A stretch of 64,000 nt of DNA from Firmicutes bacterium UBA5493. Lineage in GTDB: Bacteria > Bacillota > Limnochordia > Darwinibacteriales > Darwinibacteriaceae. The stretch covers positions 12,686-76,685 of the forward strand of contig DIPH01000038.1 in assembly GCA_002424045.1 (NCBI GenBank), written 5' to 3'. Numbering within the stretch: position 1 is the first letter of the stretch; every line of letters begins with the position of its first letter. The position numbers and the translations under genes were made by a program. Shown here piece by piece: positions 10,200 to 19,572 of the stretch. The notes under the pieces are model-generated. The model had not been told where the DNA came from and did not search any database. It saw nothing but the letters and a program-made list of their open reading frames with translations.

Positions 10200-10200
10200 A

Positions 10201-10236
10201 CAGGAGTGTTCCACATGGAACACTCCTGTTATTTTT
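10201..10236 (+). terminator. spo0J terminator hairpin whose stem is built around parS site 2 (10207-10222)
   Basis: CAGGAGTGTTCCA-CA-TGGAACACTCCTG followed by TTATTTTT. The embedded 16-mer TGTTCCACATGGAACA is parS-like with one central mismatch. Confidence 0.7.
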
Positions 10237-10251
10237 AGGCACCTTGCCAAA

Positions 10252-10267
10252 TGTTCCACGTGGAACA
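10252..10267. promoter_or_regulatory. parS centromere-like site 3 (intergenic spo0J/yyaC)
   Basis: The exact 16-mer TGTTCCACGTGGAACA of site 1 is repeated. Confidence 0.85.
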
Positions 10268-10272
10268 TGTAG

Positions 10273-10869
10273 TTAGACATTCTGGTAGGACCCGGGCGCA
10301 ACTTCTGCTTCAGAGAGGTGGTTGCCCAGACACATGGTCAGGGCTTCCGTAATAACATCGGCCATCTGAATTACTAAGCTCAGGCGAGTGTTTTGCAACA
10401 CAACATGCTCCATAAAACCAGCTACATTAACCACACCAATGATATGGTAATGACCCACAGTGGGGAGTTGTTTGCTCACACCTGTACCTGGATGCAGGGG
10501 ACCACGTTTTACAGAAATGTAGCCGATGCTCTTTACCCGCCCTAAACAGGCATCAATAGCTATAATGGTGCTTTCCCTGTTCTCACTGTTGATCCGTTCA
10601 ACGGTTTTCTCCAAGTTCAAGGCGTGTACAGGCTCGTGAATTGTCCCGTGCACTGTGACATTTGGGGGTAAAAGTCCATCTTTTTGCCGTTTTACTAAGG
10701 CTGAGCCAATGAAAGGTCCTAATGAATCCCCGGTGGATCGGTCTGTCCCGACGCACACAATATCAATGTGTGGCTTTAAAGGCAAAGAGGCCAGCGTCAC
10801 CCCTAGGTGGGCTGAGGAAAGAGGGTCACCAAAGTAGGTTCGTCCCACGACATCTGTATCGAAAAACAT
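10273..10869 (-). CDS. yyaC: Sporulation protein YyaC (GPR-like putative spore protease)
   Basis: DIVCVGTDRSTGDSLGPFIGS and IIAIDACLG motifs. It sits next to spo0J on the opposite strand, as in B. subtilis. Confidence 0.8.
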   Translation of the reverse strand: MFFDTDVVGRTYFGDPLSSAHLGVTLASLPLKPHIDIVCVGTDRSTGDSLGPFIGSALVKRQKDGLLPPNVTVHGTIHEPVHALNLEKTVERINSENRESTIIAIDACLGRVKSIGYISVKRGPLHPGTGVSKQLPTVGHYHIIGVVNVAGFMEHVVLQNTRLSLVIQMADVITEALTMCLGNHLSEAEVAPGSYQNV

Positions 10870-10980
10870 GCTCCACCTCCAGGCAGGTATACTTGTCTTA
10901 GTTTATGCAACCTTTCCCCACTTTATGCACCAAGAAAAGATCGGACCGAGAGAACATCACGAAACTCCTCCTCGAATAGG

Positions 10981-11994
10981 TTGGAGGGGGGTGGTATTGT
11001 GAGCTTATGGTCCATTGCAGCGCTTTACATTGGAGGAGTGCTCGGCGCCGGATTTGCTTCTGGTCAAGAGTTGGTGGTGTTTTTTGTGAATTATGGTTCA
11101 GCGGGTCTCTGGGGAATTCTCGTAGCCGCTTCCTTCTTGTTCTTGGGAACTGTGCTCATCCTTGAGTATTGTGCCCAGAAGAGTGTATCTTCCTATGCCC
11201 AGATCTTTGCTCGCCTCGATCACAGGCTCATCTGGCTTTTTGATCTGCTCTATTCCGTCTTCCTCCTTATTGGAACCAGCGTGATGCTGGCAGGTATCGG
11301 TGCCATGGGAAGTACGGCTCTGACCGGGCTCATTCTGAAGTTAGGAAGCGCAGCTCTGGTACTTGCTGTCCTTCGTAAAGGGGCCGCTGGTGTGGTCAAG
11401 ACCAGCGGTTGGCTGGCGCCCCTCCTGGTGATGATCCTCTGCGTCTTGGCCTTGCACCGCCTCCAGAATCACGGTATTAGTCTCCCAGAACACAGCTCTT
11501 GGCGAGGTCTGGAGGCGGCCACTCTCTATGGATCCTATAATCTAGGCTTCTCCATGGCGGTTTTGGCCAGCATCCACAGCTACGTCAAGACCAGAAAAGA
11601 TCGGTGGAAGCTGGCACTAGTGGCTAATCTCATCCTGGGGGCAAGTATGGTTCTGCTTTTTTTTGCCTTAACGAGCCTAAGTCCCCAAGAGCTCGCAAGA
11701 CCCTTTCCTCTAAAGCATGTAGTAAAAGGTTGGGGTCATATAGCCCTGGCGAGCTATGAGTTTGTGCTGTGGGGCGCCATGTACTCTACGGGCATAGCCC
11801 ACTCCTTGGCGCTGGTCAGTCGTATTACGGAGTCCCAAAGGGTCTCTTGGTCTAGGGCGAGCCTTATAATTGTTGCCGCCTCTTTGGGGCTTTCCTACTT
11901 TGGGTTTAGTACACTGATTAGCGTAGCCTATCCAATCCTGGGTCTAGCTGGGCTTTGGATCATAGCGAACTTAGCTCGCGAGTTGCTTCCATAG
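10981..11994 (+). CDS. YkvI/YyaD family polytopic membrane protein (putative transporter)
   Basis: About 10 predicted TM helices, 337 aa. It occupies the yyaD position after yyaC. The start is uncertain (TTG 10981 or the downstream GTG). Confidence 0.6.
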   Translation: MEGGGIVSLWSIAALYIGGVLGAGFASGQELVVFFVNYGSAGLWGILVAASFLFLGTVLILEYCAQKSVSSYAQIFARLDHRLIWLFDLLYSVFLLIGTSVMLAGIGAMGSTALTGLILKLGSAALVLAVLRKGAAGVVKTSGWLAPLLVMILCVLALHRLQNHGISLPEHSSWRGLEAATLYGSYNLGFSMAVLASIHSYVKTRKDRWKLALVANLILGASMVLLFFALTSLSPQELARPFPLKHVVKGWGHIALASYEFVLWGAMYSTGIAHSLALVSRITESQRVSWSRASLIIVAASLGLSYFGFSTLISVAYPILGLAGLWIIANLARELLP

Positions 11995-12036
11995 GGTTGG
12001 CATTTCTGGAGGTTTTTAGGTATAATAGAAACACTG

Positions 12037-12585
12037 ATGTGCGAAGGTGGTGGCCTTGTGACACCTGAAATCGACGAATTGTATGAAGAGGCATTAGGTT
12101 ATTTGGAGGCCTGGAACCTAGATCAAGCCGAAGAGTGCCTCAGGAAACTCATTGAGTTAGATCCAGAGCACGCACGGGGTCACAATAAGTTGGGTGTCGT
12201 CTTTGCTCGTCGTGACGACTTGAGGCAGGCTGAAGAATGCTTCAGTCAGGCCGTGGCCCTTGACCCCAATCTTGCTACTGCTCACTCCAACTTGGGAAAC
12301 ATTTACGCTGAACGAAACTGGATGGACCGGGCCAAAGCAGCGTATGAGCGTGCCTTAGCCCTTGATCCGGGCAACCCAACCGCAACGCATAATCTAGGGG
12401 TCTTGTATCGCAAGAGTGGAGAGATCGGGCGCGGTATTGACTTGATGAAACAAGCGAATAGATCAGAGCGCCATAGGTTTCGCGATGAAACGCGACGCAA
12501 TCCAGAGAGCAGACGTATCATGCGCATCGGTTGGGCTGTGGTGATTGCCATTGGACTAGCCCTTTTCTATCTGTTTAACAGGTAA
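12037..12585 (+). CDS. TPR-repeat protein with a C-terminal membrane anchor
   Basis: Three or four TPR-like units (AEECLRKLIELDPEHARGHNKLG, AEECFSQAVALDPNLATAHSNLG, AKAAYERALALDPGNPTATHNLG), then the hydrophobic tail IGWAVVIAIGLALFYLF. Confidence 0.65.
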   Translation: MCEGGGLVTPEIDELYEEALGYLEAWNLDQAEECLRKLIELDPEHARGHNKLGVVFARRDDLRQAEECFSQAVALDPNLATAHSNLGNIYAERNWMDRAKAAYERALALDPGNPTATHNLGVLYRKSGEIGRGIDLMKQANRSERHRFRDETRRNPESRRIMRIGWAVVIAIGLALFYLFNR

Positions 12586-12628
12586 TATCCACATAGTTAT
12601 CCACAACGCTTGTGGATACTGTGTATAA
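12585..12628. promoter_or_regulatory. DnaA-box cluster (four boxes in 44 bp)
   Basis: ATATCCACA (12585-93), TTATCCACA (12597-605, perfect), TGTGGATAC (12611-19, reverse, 1 mismatch), TGTGTATAA (12620-28, reverse, 1 mismatch). All compared with the consensus TTATCCACA. Confidence 0.7.
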
Positions 12629-12909
12629 CACAAACTAAAACCCCAGCTAGCGTCTGTTTACTGAAAATTCCGCTAGCGTCGCTTGCGGCGCCAAATCAGA
12701 ATCATTGTCTTGTGTCGCGCTTTTAAAATGGGATCCATAACCTTCTTAAGCAGAAACATTTCACATCCCCCTAACTACCGCAATCATTGCCCTTTATCAT
12801 ATCCATAGGAAGAAGAAAAGGTGACAGAAGGAAACTGCTTTCCCATGGAGAAGGATGTATTGCTTAAGATTGGAAGTGCAGATCAAACACATGGAAAGGA
12901 GATGGACAA

Positions 12910-13986
12910 TTGAAACAGACTCCATTAACGGCCAAACATCGGGCCTTAGGGGCCAAGATGGTAGACTACGCAGGTTTTGAGATGCCCGTTCAGTACGCTG
13001 GAGTTTTGGAGGAACACAATACCGTGCGGACAAAGGTGGGGATTTTCGACCTAACTCACATGGGAGAGTTCGAAGTGACGGGACCAGGAGCTCTCAACAC
13101 CGTGAATCACGTCACCACGAACGACGCTAGTCTTCTCAAGGAGGGCGAAATTCAATATACCTGCCTTACCAAGGAAGACGGCGGAATCATCGATGATATC
13201 CTTGTATATCGTACAGCAGGTGGTTTTTGGCTGGTGGTTAATGCCTCCAACGCAGCGAAAGACTATGCCTGGATTGAACAGCATTTGCAGCCAGAGACCC
13301 AGCTTAAAGATCTCAGCGACGAATTGACACTCATCGCAGTACAGGGTCCTAAGTCTGCGCCGCTGGTAGAGGAAATCTTGGGTCTATCACTCACAGACCT
13401 CAAGAACTACACCTTCATTGAAGTTACATACGAAGATGTGAGACTGTTGCTTTCCCGTACTGGTTATACAGGTGAAGATGGATTTGAACTCTACTTCCCC
13501 AACGCACTAGCTGAGAAATTGTGGGATGAATGTTTGGCAAAGGGTGAAAAATACGGTGTAGAACCCATTGGTCTAGGTGCCCGTGACTCTCTCCGCCTCG
13601 AGGCCAGAATGCCCCTTTATGGCAACGATATCGGCGAAGACACAAGTCCCTTAGAAGCAGGCTTGACTCGCTTTGTCAAGTTCGACAAGGGTCACTTTAT
13701 TGGTAGAGACTTTTTAGAAAAACAAAAAGAAGAGGGAGTCCAGCGTAGACTGGTTGCTTTCACCATGATCGATAAGGGGATTCCCCGTCAGGGTTATCCG
13801 TTGGTCAATCTAGAAGGTGAAGAGATCGGTGCTGTCACAAGCGGAACCCACTCCCCAACCCTCGATCATGCTATCGGCATGGGTTATGTGGATGTGGCTT
13901 ACGCCAAAGCAGATACCGAAATACAGGTTCAAGTAAGGAAAAAGCTCGCCAGGGCAAAGATTATCAAAGGGCGCTTCTTAGCGTAG
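12910..13986 (+). CDS. gcvT: Glycine cleavage system aminomethyltransferase (T protein)
   Basis: The N-terminus MKQTPLTAKHRALGAKMVDYAGFEMPVQY and the TGYTGEDGFE motif. TTG start after AAAGGAG. It is followed by gcvH and gcvPA/PB. Confidence 0.93.
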   Translation: MKQTPLTAKHRALGAKMVDYAGFEMPVQYAGVLEEHNTVRTKVGIFDLTHMGEFEVTGPGALNTVNHVTTNDASLLKEGEIQYTCLTKEDGGIIDDILVYRTAGGFWLVVNASNAAKDYAWIEQHLQPETQLKDLSDELTLIAVQGPKSAPLVEEILGLSLTDLKNYTFIEVTYEDVRLLLSRTGYTGEDGFELYFPNALAEKLWDECLAKGEKYGVEPIGLGARDSLRLEARMPLYGNDIGEDTSPLEAGLTRFVKFDKGHFIGRDFLEKQKEEGVQRRLVAFTMIDKGIPRQGYPLVNLEGEEIGAVTSGTHSPTLDHAIGMGYVDVAYAKADTEIQVQVRKKLARAKIIKGRFLA

Positions 13987-14046
13987 CTCGATTTTGACCC
14001 TGAGCTTTTTGCGATAGACCCAAAAAACTACTGAGGAGGTTTCATC

Positions 14047-14424
14047 ATGAGTGAACAATTACGGTTTACCAAAGAACATGAGTGGCTATTAGTGAAGGGT
14101 AATATCATCCGCGTTGGTATTAGCGACTACGCTCAAAATGAATTGGGAGACATCGTTTTCGTGGATCTACCTTCCGTTGGCGATCAGGTTGAAGAAGGCG
14201 AAGGCATTGCTGCCCTGGAGTCGGTCAAAGCCGTATCTGACGTTTATTCTCCCGTAAGCGGTGAGATTGTAGCCGTTAATGAGGCGCTAGAAGATAGCCC
14301 CGAATTAGTCAACGAATCTCCCCTAGATGCAGGTTGGATTGTGGAAATTGAAGTAGAAGGCGTTGCCCAGACAGGCGATTTAATGAACAAACAGGAGTAT
14401 GAAGCATTTGTGAAGGGGGTTTAA
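14047..14424 (+). CDS. gcvH: Glycine cleavage system H protein (lipoyl carrier)
   Basis: Lipoyl-lysine motif ALESVKAVSDVYSPVSGEI, 125 aa. Confidence 0.95.
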   Translation: MSEQLRFTKEHEWLLVKGNIIRVGISDYAQNELGDIVFVDLPSVGDQVEEGEGIAALESVKAVSDVYSPVSGEIVAVNEALEDSPELVNESPLDAGWIVEIEVEGVAQTGDLMNKQEYEAFVKGV

Positions 14425-14426
14425 GT

Positions 14427-15773
14427 ATGCGCTATCTTCCGTTAACGCAGGAAGAACAGCAAGAGATGCTACAGAGCCTTGGGATTGATAGGGTAGAGGA
14501 TCTATTCACTGCCATCCCTAAGGAAATGCGTCTTGACGCTGACCTCGATCTCCCCGCACCCTTAAGCGAGGCCGAACTGGTCCGCCATTTTTCGGAACTA
14601 GCCGAAAAGAACAATGATCTGAAGTCCTCCGTCTCCTTTTTAGGCGCCGGATCCTATGATCACTTAGTTCCTAGCATGATTAAGCACATTGCGGGTCGGG
14701 GTGAATTCCTTACAGCTTATACGCCCTATCAACCAGAGATCACCCAGGGCGTCTTGCAAAGTATTTTCGAGTATCAAACGCTTATTTGCGAATTGACAGG
14801 TATGGAAGCCTCCAATGCTTCTATGTATGATGGAGCTAGCGCTTTAGCTGAGGCAGCTCTGATGGCATGTGCCGCAACCCGTAGAGAACTTGTTGTGCTC
14901 CCTAGTTCTCTCCATCCCGAGTGGCAAGATGTAGTCAAGCTCTACCTAAAGAGCCAGGACGTCTCCATCGCCTACTTGCCCTACCATGAGAAAACTGGCG
15001 TTGTCGATGCCAAGGCTTTTGATGGCATTCCCTGGTCCGAAGCGGCCTGTGTTGTAGTTCAACAGCCAAACTTCTTTGGACTCTTGGAAAATGTAGCTTC
15101 CTTTAAGAAGGTTGCAAAAGACAATGGTGCTTTGCTGGTTATGGCAGTGGATCCCATTAGTTTGAGTCTGCTGAAATCCCCAGGCGAGCTTGGTGCTGAT
15201 ATTGTGGTGGGCGACGGTCAGAGCCTCGGTAATGCCATGGGCTTTGGAGGACCTTCTCTAGGTTTCTTGGCCACCAGTGGCACCAAACTGATTCGGCGTA
15301 TGCCAGGTCGCGTTGTAGGTGAAACGGTAGATACCGATGGCACAAGAGGTTATGTTCTCACTTTACAAACACGGGAACAGCACATCCGCCGGGAAAAAGC
15401 GACATCGAACATTTGTTCCAACCAAGCGTTAAACGCGCTTATTGCTGCGATTTATCTGAGCGTTATGGGTAAAGAAGGCTTCAAAGATGTGGGATACCAA
15501 TGCCTGCAAAAAGCCAACTACATGAAAGAACGCTTGATTCAAGTTGATGGTCTGTCCTCTCCCTTTAGCGCACCTACCTTTAGAGAATTTGTTATTAAGG
15601 GCGCTGTAGATTGGGAAGAAGTGAACATGCGCCTCGCTGAGCATGGCTTCGTTGGGGGCCTGCCCTTGGCACGCTTTGGCCTGCCTGAGCTGGTGCTCTT
15701 TTCGGTGACAGAAGCACGGACCAAGGAAGAAATCGACAGCTTTGTAAATCTACTAAGGGGGTTGATCTCATGA
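14427..15773 (+). CDS. gcvPA: Glycine dehydrogenase (decarboxylating) subunit 1
   Basis: 448 aa with [41 protein letters not shown]. Confidence 0.93.
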   Translation: MRYLPLTQEEQQEMLQSLGIDRVEDLFTAIPKEMRLDADLDLPAPLSEAELVRHFSELAEKNNDLKSSVSFLGAGSYDHLVPSMIKHIAGRGEFLTAYTPYQPEITQGVLQSIFEYQTLICELTGMEASNASMYDGASALAEAALMACAATRRELVVLPSSLHPEWQDVVKLYLKSQDVSIAYLPYHEKTGVVDAKAFDGIPWSEAACVVVQQPNFFGLLENVASFKKVAKDNGALLVMAVDPISLSLLKSPGELGADIVVGDGQSLGNAMGFGGPSLGFLATSGTKLIRRMPGRVVGETVDTDGTRGYVLTLQTREQHIRREKATSNICSNQALNALIAAIYLSVMGKEGFKDVGYQCLQKANYMKERLIQVDGLSSPFSAPTFREFVIKGAVDWEEVNMRLAEHGFVGGLPLARFGLPELVLFSVTEARTKEEIDSFVNLLRGLIS

Positions 15774-17230
15774 CGACGCGTAAACTTGTCCCCTTAATTT
15801 TTGAACGCTCCACACCTGGGCGCCGGGGCTATCGGCTTCCGGATCTTGATGTCCCAGAAGTACCGGTGACTGATCTAATTCCAGAGGAGTTCTTGCGTGA
15901 TGAGGCCCCTGCTTTGCCGGAAGTAAGCGAACTTGAGGTTGTTCGCCATTATACTCAGCTTTCTAGGTTGAATCATGGCGTAGACGTGGGCTTTTATCCC
16001 CTTGGTTCCTGTACCATGAAGTACAATCCCAGGGTTCATGAAGATGTGACCAGCCTTCCAGGTTTAGCATCCATTCACCCCTATCAACCGGAAGAAACTG
16101 TGCAGGGAGCACTCGAGCTCATGTACAACCTTGGCCAGTATCTAGCCGTCATTTCTGGTCTCGATGTGACAACGCTGCAGCCGGCCGCAGGCGCCCATGG
16201 TGAACTAACGGGGCTCATGGTTATCAAAGCCTATCATAGCCAAAGGGGAGAGGGTCACCGCAAAGAAATGATCATCCCCGACTCGGCACACGGAACCAAC
16301 CCGGCCAGTTGTGCCATGGTTGGCTACAAAGTGGTGGAAGTCCCTTCCAACGACCGTGGCGGTGTGGATGTAGAAGCCCTCAGGGGTCTTGTAGGTCCAA
16401 ACACAGCGGGGCTGATGCTCACCAATCCTAACACCTTGGGTCTCTTCGATGAGAACATTTGTGAAATCGCCAAAATCGTGCATGACGCGGGCGGCCTTCT
16501 CTATTATGATGGAGCCAACGCCAATGCCATTATGGGGATTGCACGCCCAGGCGATATGGGCTTTGATGTGGTGCACTTTAATCTGCATAAGACCTTTTCT
16601 ACCCCCCATGGCGGCGGCGGACCAGGTGCAGGGCCCATTGTTGTCCGTGAAGAGCTGGCACAATTCTTGCCAGGACCCATTGTGGAAAAGAAGGGTGACC
16701 AGTACGTCTTTGTCACACCAGAGAATTCCATCGGACGGGTACGCTCCTTCTATGGAAACTTCTTGGTTTATGCCAAGGCCTATGCCTATATCCGTTCCCA
16801 TGGACCTCGGGGTCTAAGACAGGTGAGTGAGACAGCAGTATTGCATGCCAATTACATGATGAACAAGTTGAAGGACGTGTACCATCTGCCTTATGACCGC
16901 ACCTGTATGCATGAGTTTGTGCTATCGGGTGTGTGGCAGAAAGAGCAGGGGGCCCGTACCTTGGACATTGCTAAACGTCTCTTGGACTATGGTTATCATG
17001 CGCCGACGGTGTACTTCCCCATGGTCGTTGATGAGGCCATCATGATCGAGCCTACAGAAACCGAGCCCAAGTCAACCTTAGATGAGTTCATTGATGTCAT
17101 GCGTAGGATTGCCGAGGAGGCCAAAGAAGATCCAAAACTCCTCCTGGAGGCGCCCCACAATACGCCTATCAAGAGGCTTGATGAGTCCAGAGCGGCAAGG
17201 CATCCCGTTTTACGCTGGGAGAAAGCCTAA
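15770..17230 (+). CDS. gcvPB: Glycine dehydrogenase (decarboxylating) subunit 2
   Basis: 486 aa with the PLP-lysine context [22 protein letters not shown] overlap with gcvPA. Confidence 0.93.
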   Translation: MTTRKLVPLIFERSTPGRRGYRLPDLDVPEVPVTDLIPEEFLRDEAPALPEVSELEVVRHYTQLSRLNHGVDVGFYPLGSCTMKYNPRVHEDVTSLPGLASIHPYQPEETVQGALELMYNLGQYLAVISGLDVTTLQPAAGAHGELTGLMVIKAYHSQRGEGHRKEMIIPDSAHGTNPASCAMVGYKVVEVPSNDRGGVDVEALRGLVGPNTAGLMLTNPNTLGLFDENICEIAKIVHDAGGLLYYDGANANAIMGIARPGDMGFDVVHFNLHKTFSTPHGGGGPGAGPIVVREELAQFLPGPIVEKKGDQYVFVTPENSIGRVRSFYGNFLVYAKAYAYIRSHGPRGLRQVSETAVLHANYMMNKLKDVYHLPYDRTCMHEFVLSGVWQKEQGARTLDIAKRLLDYGYHAPTVYFPMVVDEAIMIEPTETEPKSTLDEFIDVMRRIAEEAKEDPKLLLEAPHNTPIKRLDESRAARHPVLRWEKA

Positions 17231-17244
17231 GAAAATCCTCACAC

Positions 17245-17281
17245 AAAAAACGCCCTCTTCCTTCCGGAAGGGGGCGTTTTG
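17245..17281. terminator. Bidirectional terminator between gcvPB and the convergent foldase gene
   Basis: AAAAAA-CGCCCTCTTCC-TTCC-GGAAGGGGGCG-TTTT: an 11-bp stem with one G-U pair, an A-tract upstream and a T-tract downstream. Confidence 0.75.
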
Positions 17282-17295
17282 CATTTCTGTCTATC

Positions 17296-18174
17296 TTATT
17301 TCTGCCACTCCACCTGAATATCTGTTTCCTGTTCGAGTTTGTACATATAGCTCTGTAAATCCAAAGCTTTGCTACCGCGGAAGTCTTTTTCTACCAGGTC
17401 AACGATTTCTGCAAAGATCGCTGCCTTTGCTTCGTTGATGGCATGAACAGTAATGACATGCCAACCGAAGTTGCTCTCGGCTAGTCCGTATTCACCAACG
17501 CCAAGGTTAAAGGCCACTTCTTCAAATTCAGGAACTGTATATCCTCTGGGAATCACTCCAAGATATCCACCCTGGGAGGCTGTACCGGGGTCTAGGGAGT
17601 AGTCGCTAGCGAGGCTCACTAGATCTCCACCCTCCTGAAGGAGTCCTAACACTTCATTGGCTTCTTCTTCAGTTTCTACTAGAATGTGGCTTACCTCTAC
17701 TGTCTCCTGCTCATCATAATAGGAACGGTTCTCTTCAAAGAACTGTTCAACTTCGCCTTCCGCCACTTCCACTTCGGATCGGGCCAAGTCGCCGATAAGC
17801 ATATTCCACTTCAATTGTTCGATGAAGGTTTCCTCCGTTACATTGTTCTGCATCAAAAACATTTGCAGGCCCTGAGCACCACCGACCTGGGCAAGGACCA
17901 TGTCATACATTTCGGCAAAGGCCTCTTCATCAAGTGTAACCCCTAGGGTTTCGGCTTTCTGTCTGATCATTTCATTTTGGATCAGTTCCTGTAGAGCGTA
18001 CTGACCGTACTGTGTCTCCAAAACCTCGTAAAACTGAGCACTGGTGATGGCTACCCCGTTTACTGTAGCTACAATTTCATCATTCTGTGCGAACATGGCA
18101 ACTGGAGAGGAGATCAGGGAAAGGGAAAGAATCACAAGCAAAAGTACAAAATTGATCTTTTTCAAGAACGTCAT
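17296..18174 (-). CDS. PrsA-like peptidyl-prolyl cis-trans isomerase (SurA_N plus parvulin/PpiC domain), secreted or lipid-anchored
   Basis: Signal-like N-terminus, then the parvulin block VSHILVETEEEANEV...LASDYSLDPGTASQGGYLG...VPEFEEVAF.L..GE...ESNFGWHVI. Confidence 0.8.
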   Translation of the reverse strand: MTFLKKINFVLLLVILSLSLISSPVAMFAQNDEIVATVNGVAITSAQFYEVLETQYGQYALQELIQNEMIRQKAETLGVTLDEEAFAEMYDMVLAQVGGAQGLQMFLMQNNVTEETFIEQLKWNMLIGDLARSEVEVAEGEVEQFFEENRSYYDEQETVEVSHILVETEEEANEVLGLLQEGGDLVSLASDYSLDPGTASQGGYLGVIPRGYTVPEFEEVAFNLGVGEYGLAESNFGWHVITVHAINEAKAAIFAEIVDLVEKDFRGSKALDLQSYMYKLEQETDIQVEWQK

Positions 18175-18292
18175 CCTTTCTAGAATAGGTCATCCTTTGT
18201 CCTTAATTCTCGCTCATCTGTGGATACCCTTTTAATATTACGCCTAAAGCTGTGCTATAATTATTGTAATAGAGGGAAAAGGTGGGAAGAAG

Positions 18293-18457
18293 ATGCATGA
18301 AGTAGGGCAAATTTTGCGCCTCAAAAAAAAGCATGCCTGCGGAGGCCAGACTTGGGAGGTCCTCAAACCAGGCGTGGATACTCGTCTTAAGTGCACCACC
18401 TGCGGGCGAGTAATTCTGGTACCCCGAGACAAGTTGGTCAGGCAGATTATTAAGTGA
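18293..18457 (+). CDS. DUF951 family small protein (YyzM-like); absent from the ORF track (54 aa)
   Basis: ATG at 18293 after GGTGGGAAGAAG. Translation is MHEVGQILRLKKKHACGGQTWEVLKPGVDTRLKCTTCGRVILVPRDKLVRQIIK, with the HACG....W / C..CGR pattern I associate with DUF951. The antisense 73-aa track ORF here is probably spurious. Confidence 0.7.
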   Translation: MHEVGQILRLKKKHACGGQTWEVLKPGVDTRLKCTTCGRVILVPRDKLVRQIIK

Positions 18458-18516
18458 GTAGGCACCTAGCCTATGGGAAGAATATACTAACCGTAAAGGA
18501 TTCCAGGGAGGTATCG

Positions 18517-19572
18517 ATGGTGCAAACTCGTCATTTTTTTGCCGGAAGTAACTCGGGTAAGGGGTTTTACTCCCTCTTTGACAACATCATTGGTCCTGAG
18601 GCTAAAAGGATCTATCTTCTAAAGGGAGGCCCCGGTACGGGTAAGTCAAGCTTTATGCGCCATATAGCGAACGCCGTGGGAAACCGAGGTTATGATCACG
18701 AACTTTTCTTTTGCAGCTCTGACTCCAAGGCCTTAGATGCAGTGTCCTTTCCAAAACTCCGTATCGCCTTGATCGACGCCACGGCACCCCATGTCATGGA
18801 TGCCGAATTACCAGGTTGCAGAGATCAGCTCATTTCTCTCGGTGATTTTTGGTCTGCTGGGGCTTTAGAAACGAAGCGGGATGAAATCATCGAAGGTGGA
18901 CGCATTAAGCAAGCTCACTTCGCAGCAGCGTTTCGCTATTTTGCTGCAGCCCTTGCTGTGGAAGAAAACATGGCCGCTCGCAATCGGGAAAAGGGAAGCC
19001 ATGGTAGTTCTCCAGAAGCAGTAAGGGAGATCCAAAGTATCATCGACTCCACCACTCCAGATCATGAAGGGGAACAAGGGAAAATACGGCATCTTTTTGC
19101 TTCTGCCCTTACACCTGAGGGTTATGTGAGCCATATCCAAAGCTTAGTTCAAGGTCTCTGCCATGTGTTCGTCCTTCAAGGGGGTCCTGGTACAGGTAAA
19201 GGGGAGTCACTCTCTGCCATTGTCAGTCACGCCCAAAGTGCGGGCCATGACCTAGAGGCCTTTCATTATCCTTTGGATCCGCACAAACTCCTCCATATCA
19301 TCATCCCAGGTGCGAAGATCGCGGTCTTAAGTGCAATATCCCTGGACAATTTGGAGGAGTTAGTAGGCCGTAGAATCCCCTTAGGCTCTGGCGAGAGCGC
19401 GGCTAACGCAGGAGATCACAAGCTTTGGGGCGAACTACTTCAAAAAGGCTTCGACGCGCTTTTGAAGGCCCAATCTAGTCATATTCACATCGAAGAATAC
19501 TACGCCCAGGCCATGGACTTTACTGCCCAAACCGCTTACCGGGACGAGATTCTAGCAGAAATTCTGTCATAG
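18517..19572 (+). CDS. Uncharacterised ATPase with two tandem P-loop modules
   Basis: Two Walker A-like motifs, LLKGGPGTGKSSF and VLQGGPGTGKGES. The ATG at 18517 follows GGGAGG; the track start at 18454 is probably too early. Confidence 0.6.
   Translation: MVQTRHFFAGSNSGKGFYSLFDNIIGPEAKRIYLLKGGPGTGKSSFMRHIANAVGNRGYDHELFFCSSDSKALDAVSFPKLRIALIDATAPHVMDAELPGCRDQLISLGDFWSAGALETKRDEIIEGGRIKQAHFAAAFRYFAAALAVEENMAARNREKGSHGSSPEAVREIQSIIDSTTPDHEGEQGKIRHLFASALTPEGYVSHIQSLVQGLCHVFVLQGGPGTGKGESLSAIVSHAQSAGHDLEAFHYPLDPHKLLHIIIPGAKIAVLSAISLDNLEELVGRRIPLGSGESAANAGDHKLWGELLQKGFDALLKAQSSHIHIEEYYAQAMDFTAQTAYRDEILAEILS

Noticed and set aside
16205-16801. 198-aa minus-strand ORF, plus several 60-120-aa ORFs, inside gcvPB
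   Set aside because: It lies entirely antisense to a gene with unmistakable GcvPB motifs. The sequence is low-complexity and I recognise no family, as expected for shadow ORFs in a roughly 50% GC coding region.
18219-18227. Single DnaA-box-like 9-mer TGTGGATAC in the foldase/DUF951 divergent spacer
   Set aside because: An isolated one-mismatch 9-mer is expected by chance several times in 64 kb. It is not part of a cluster.
18244-18465. 73-aa minus-strand track ORF
   Set aside because: The plus strand here encodes a 54-aa DUF951-like protein with a good RBS and conserved Cys motifs. The minus ORF is its shadow.
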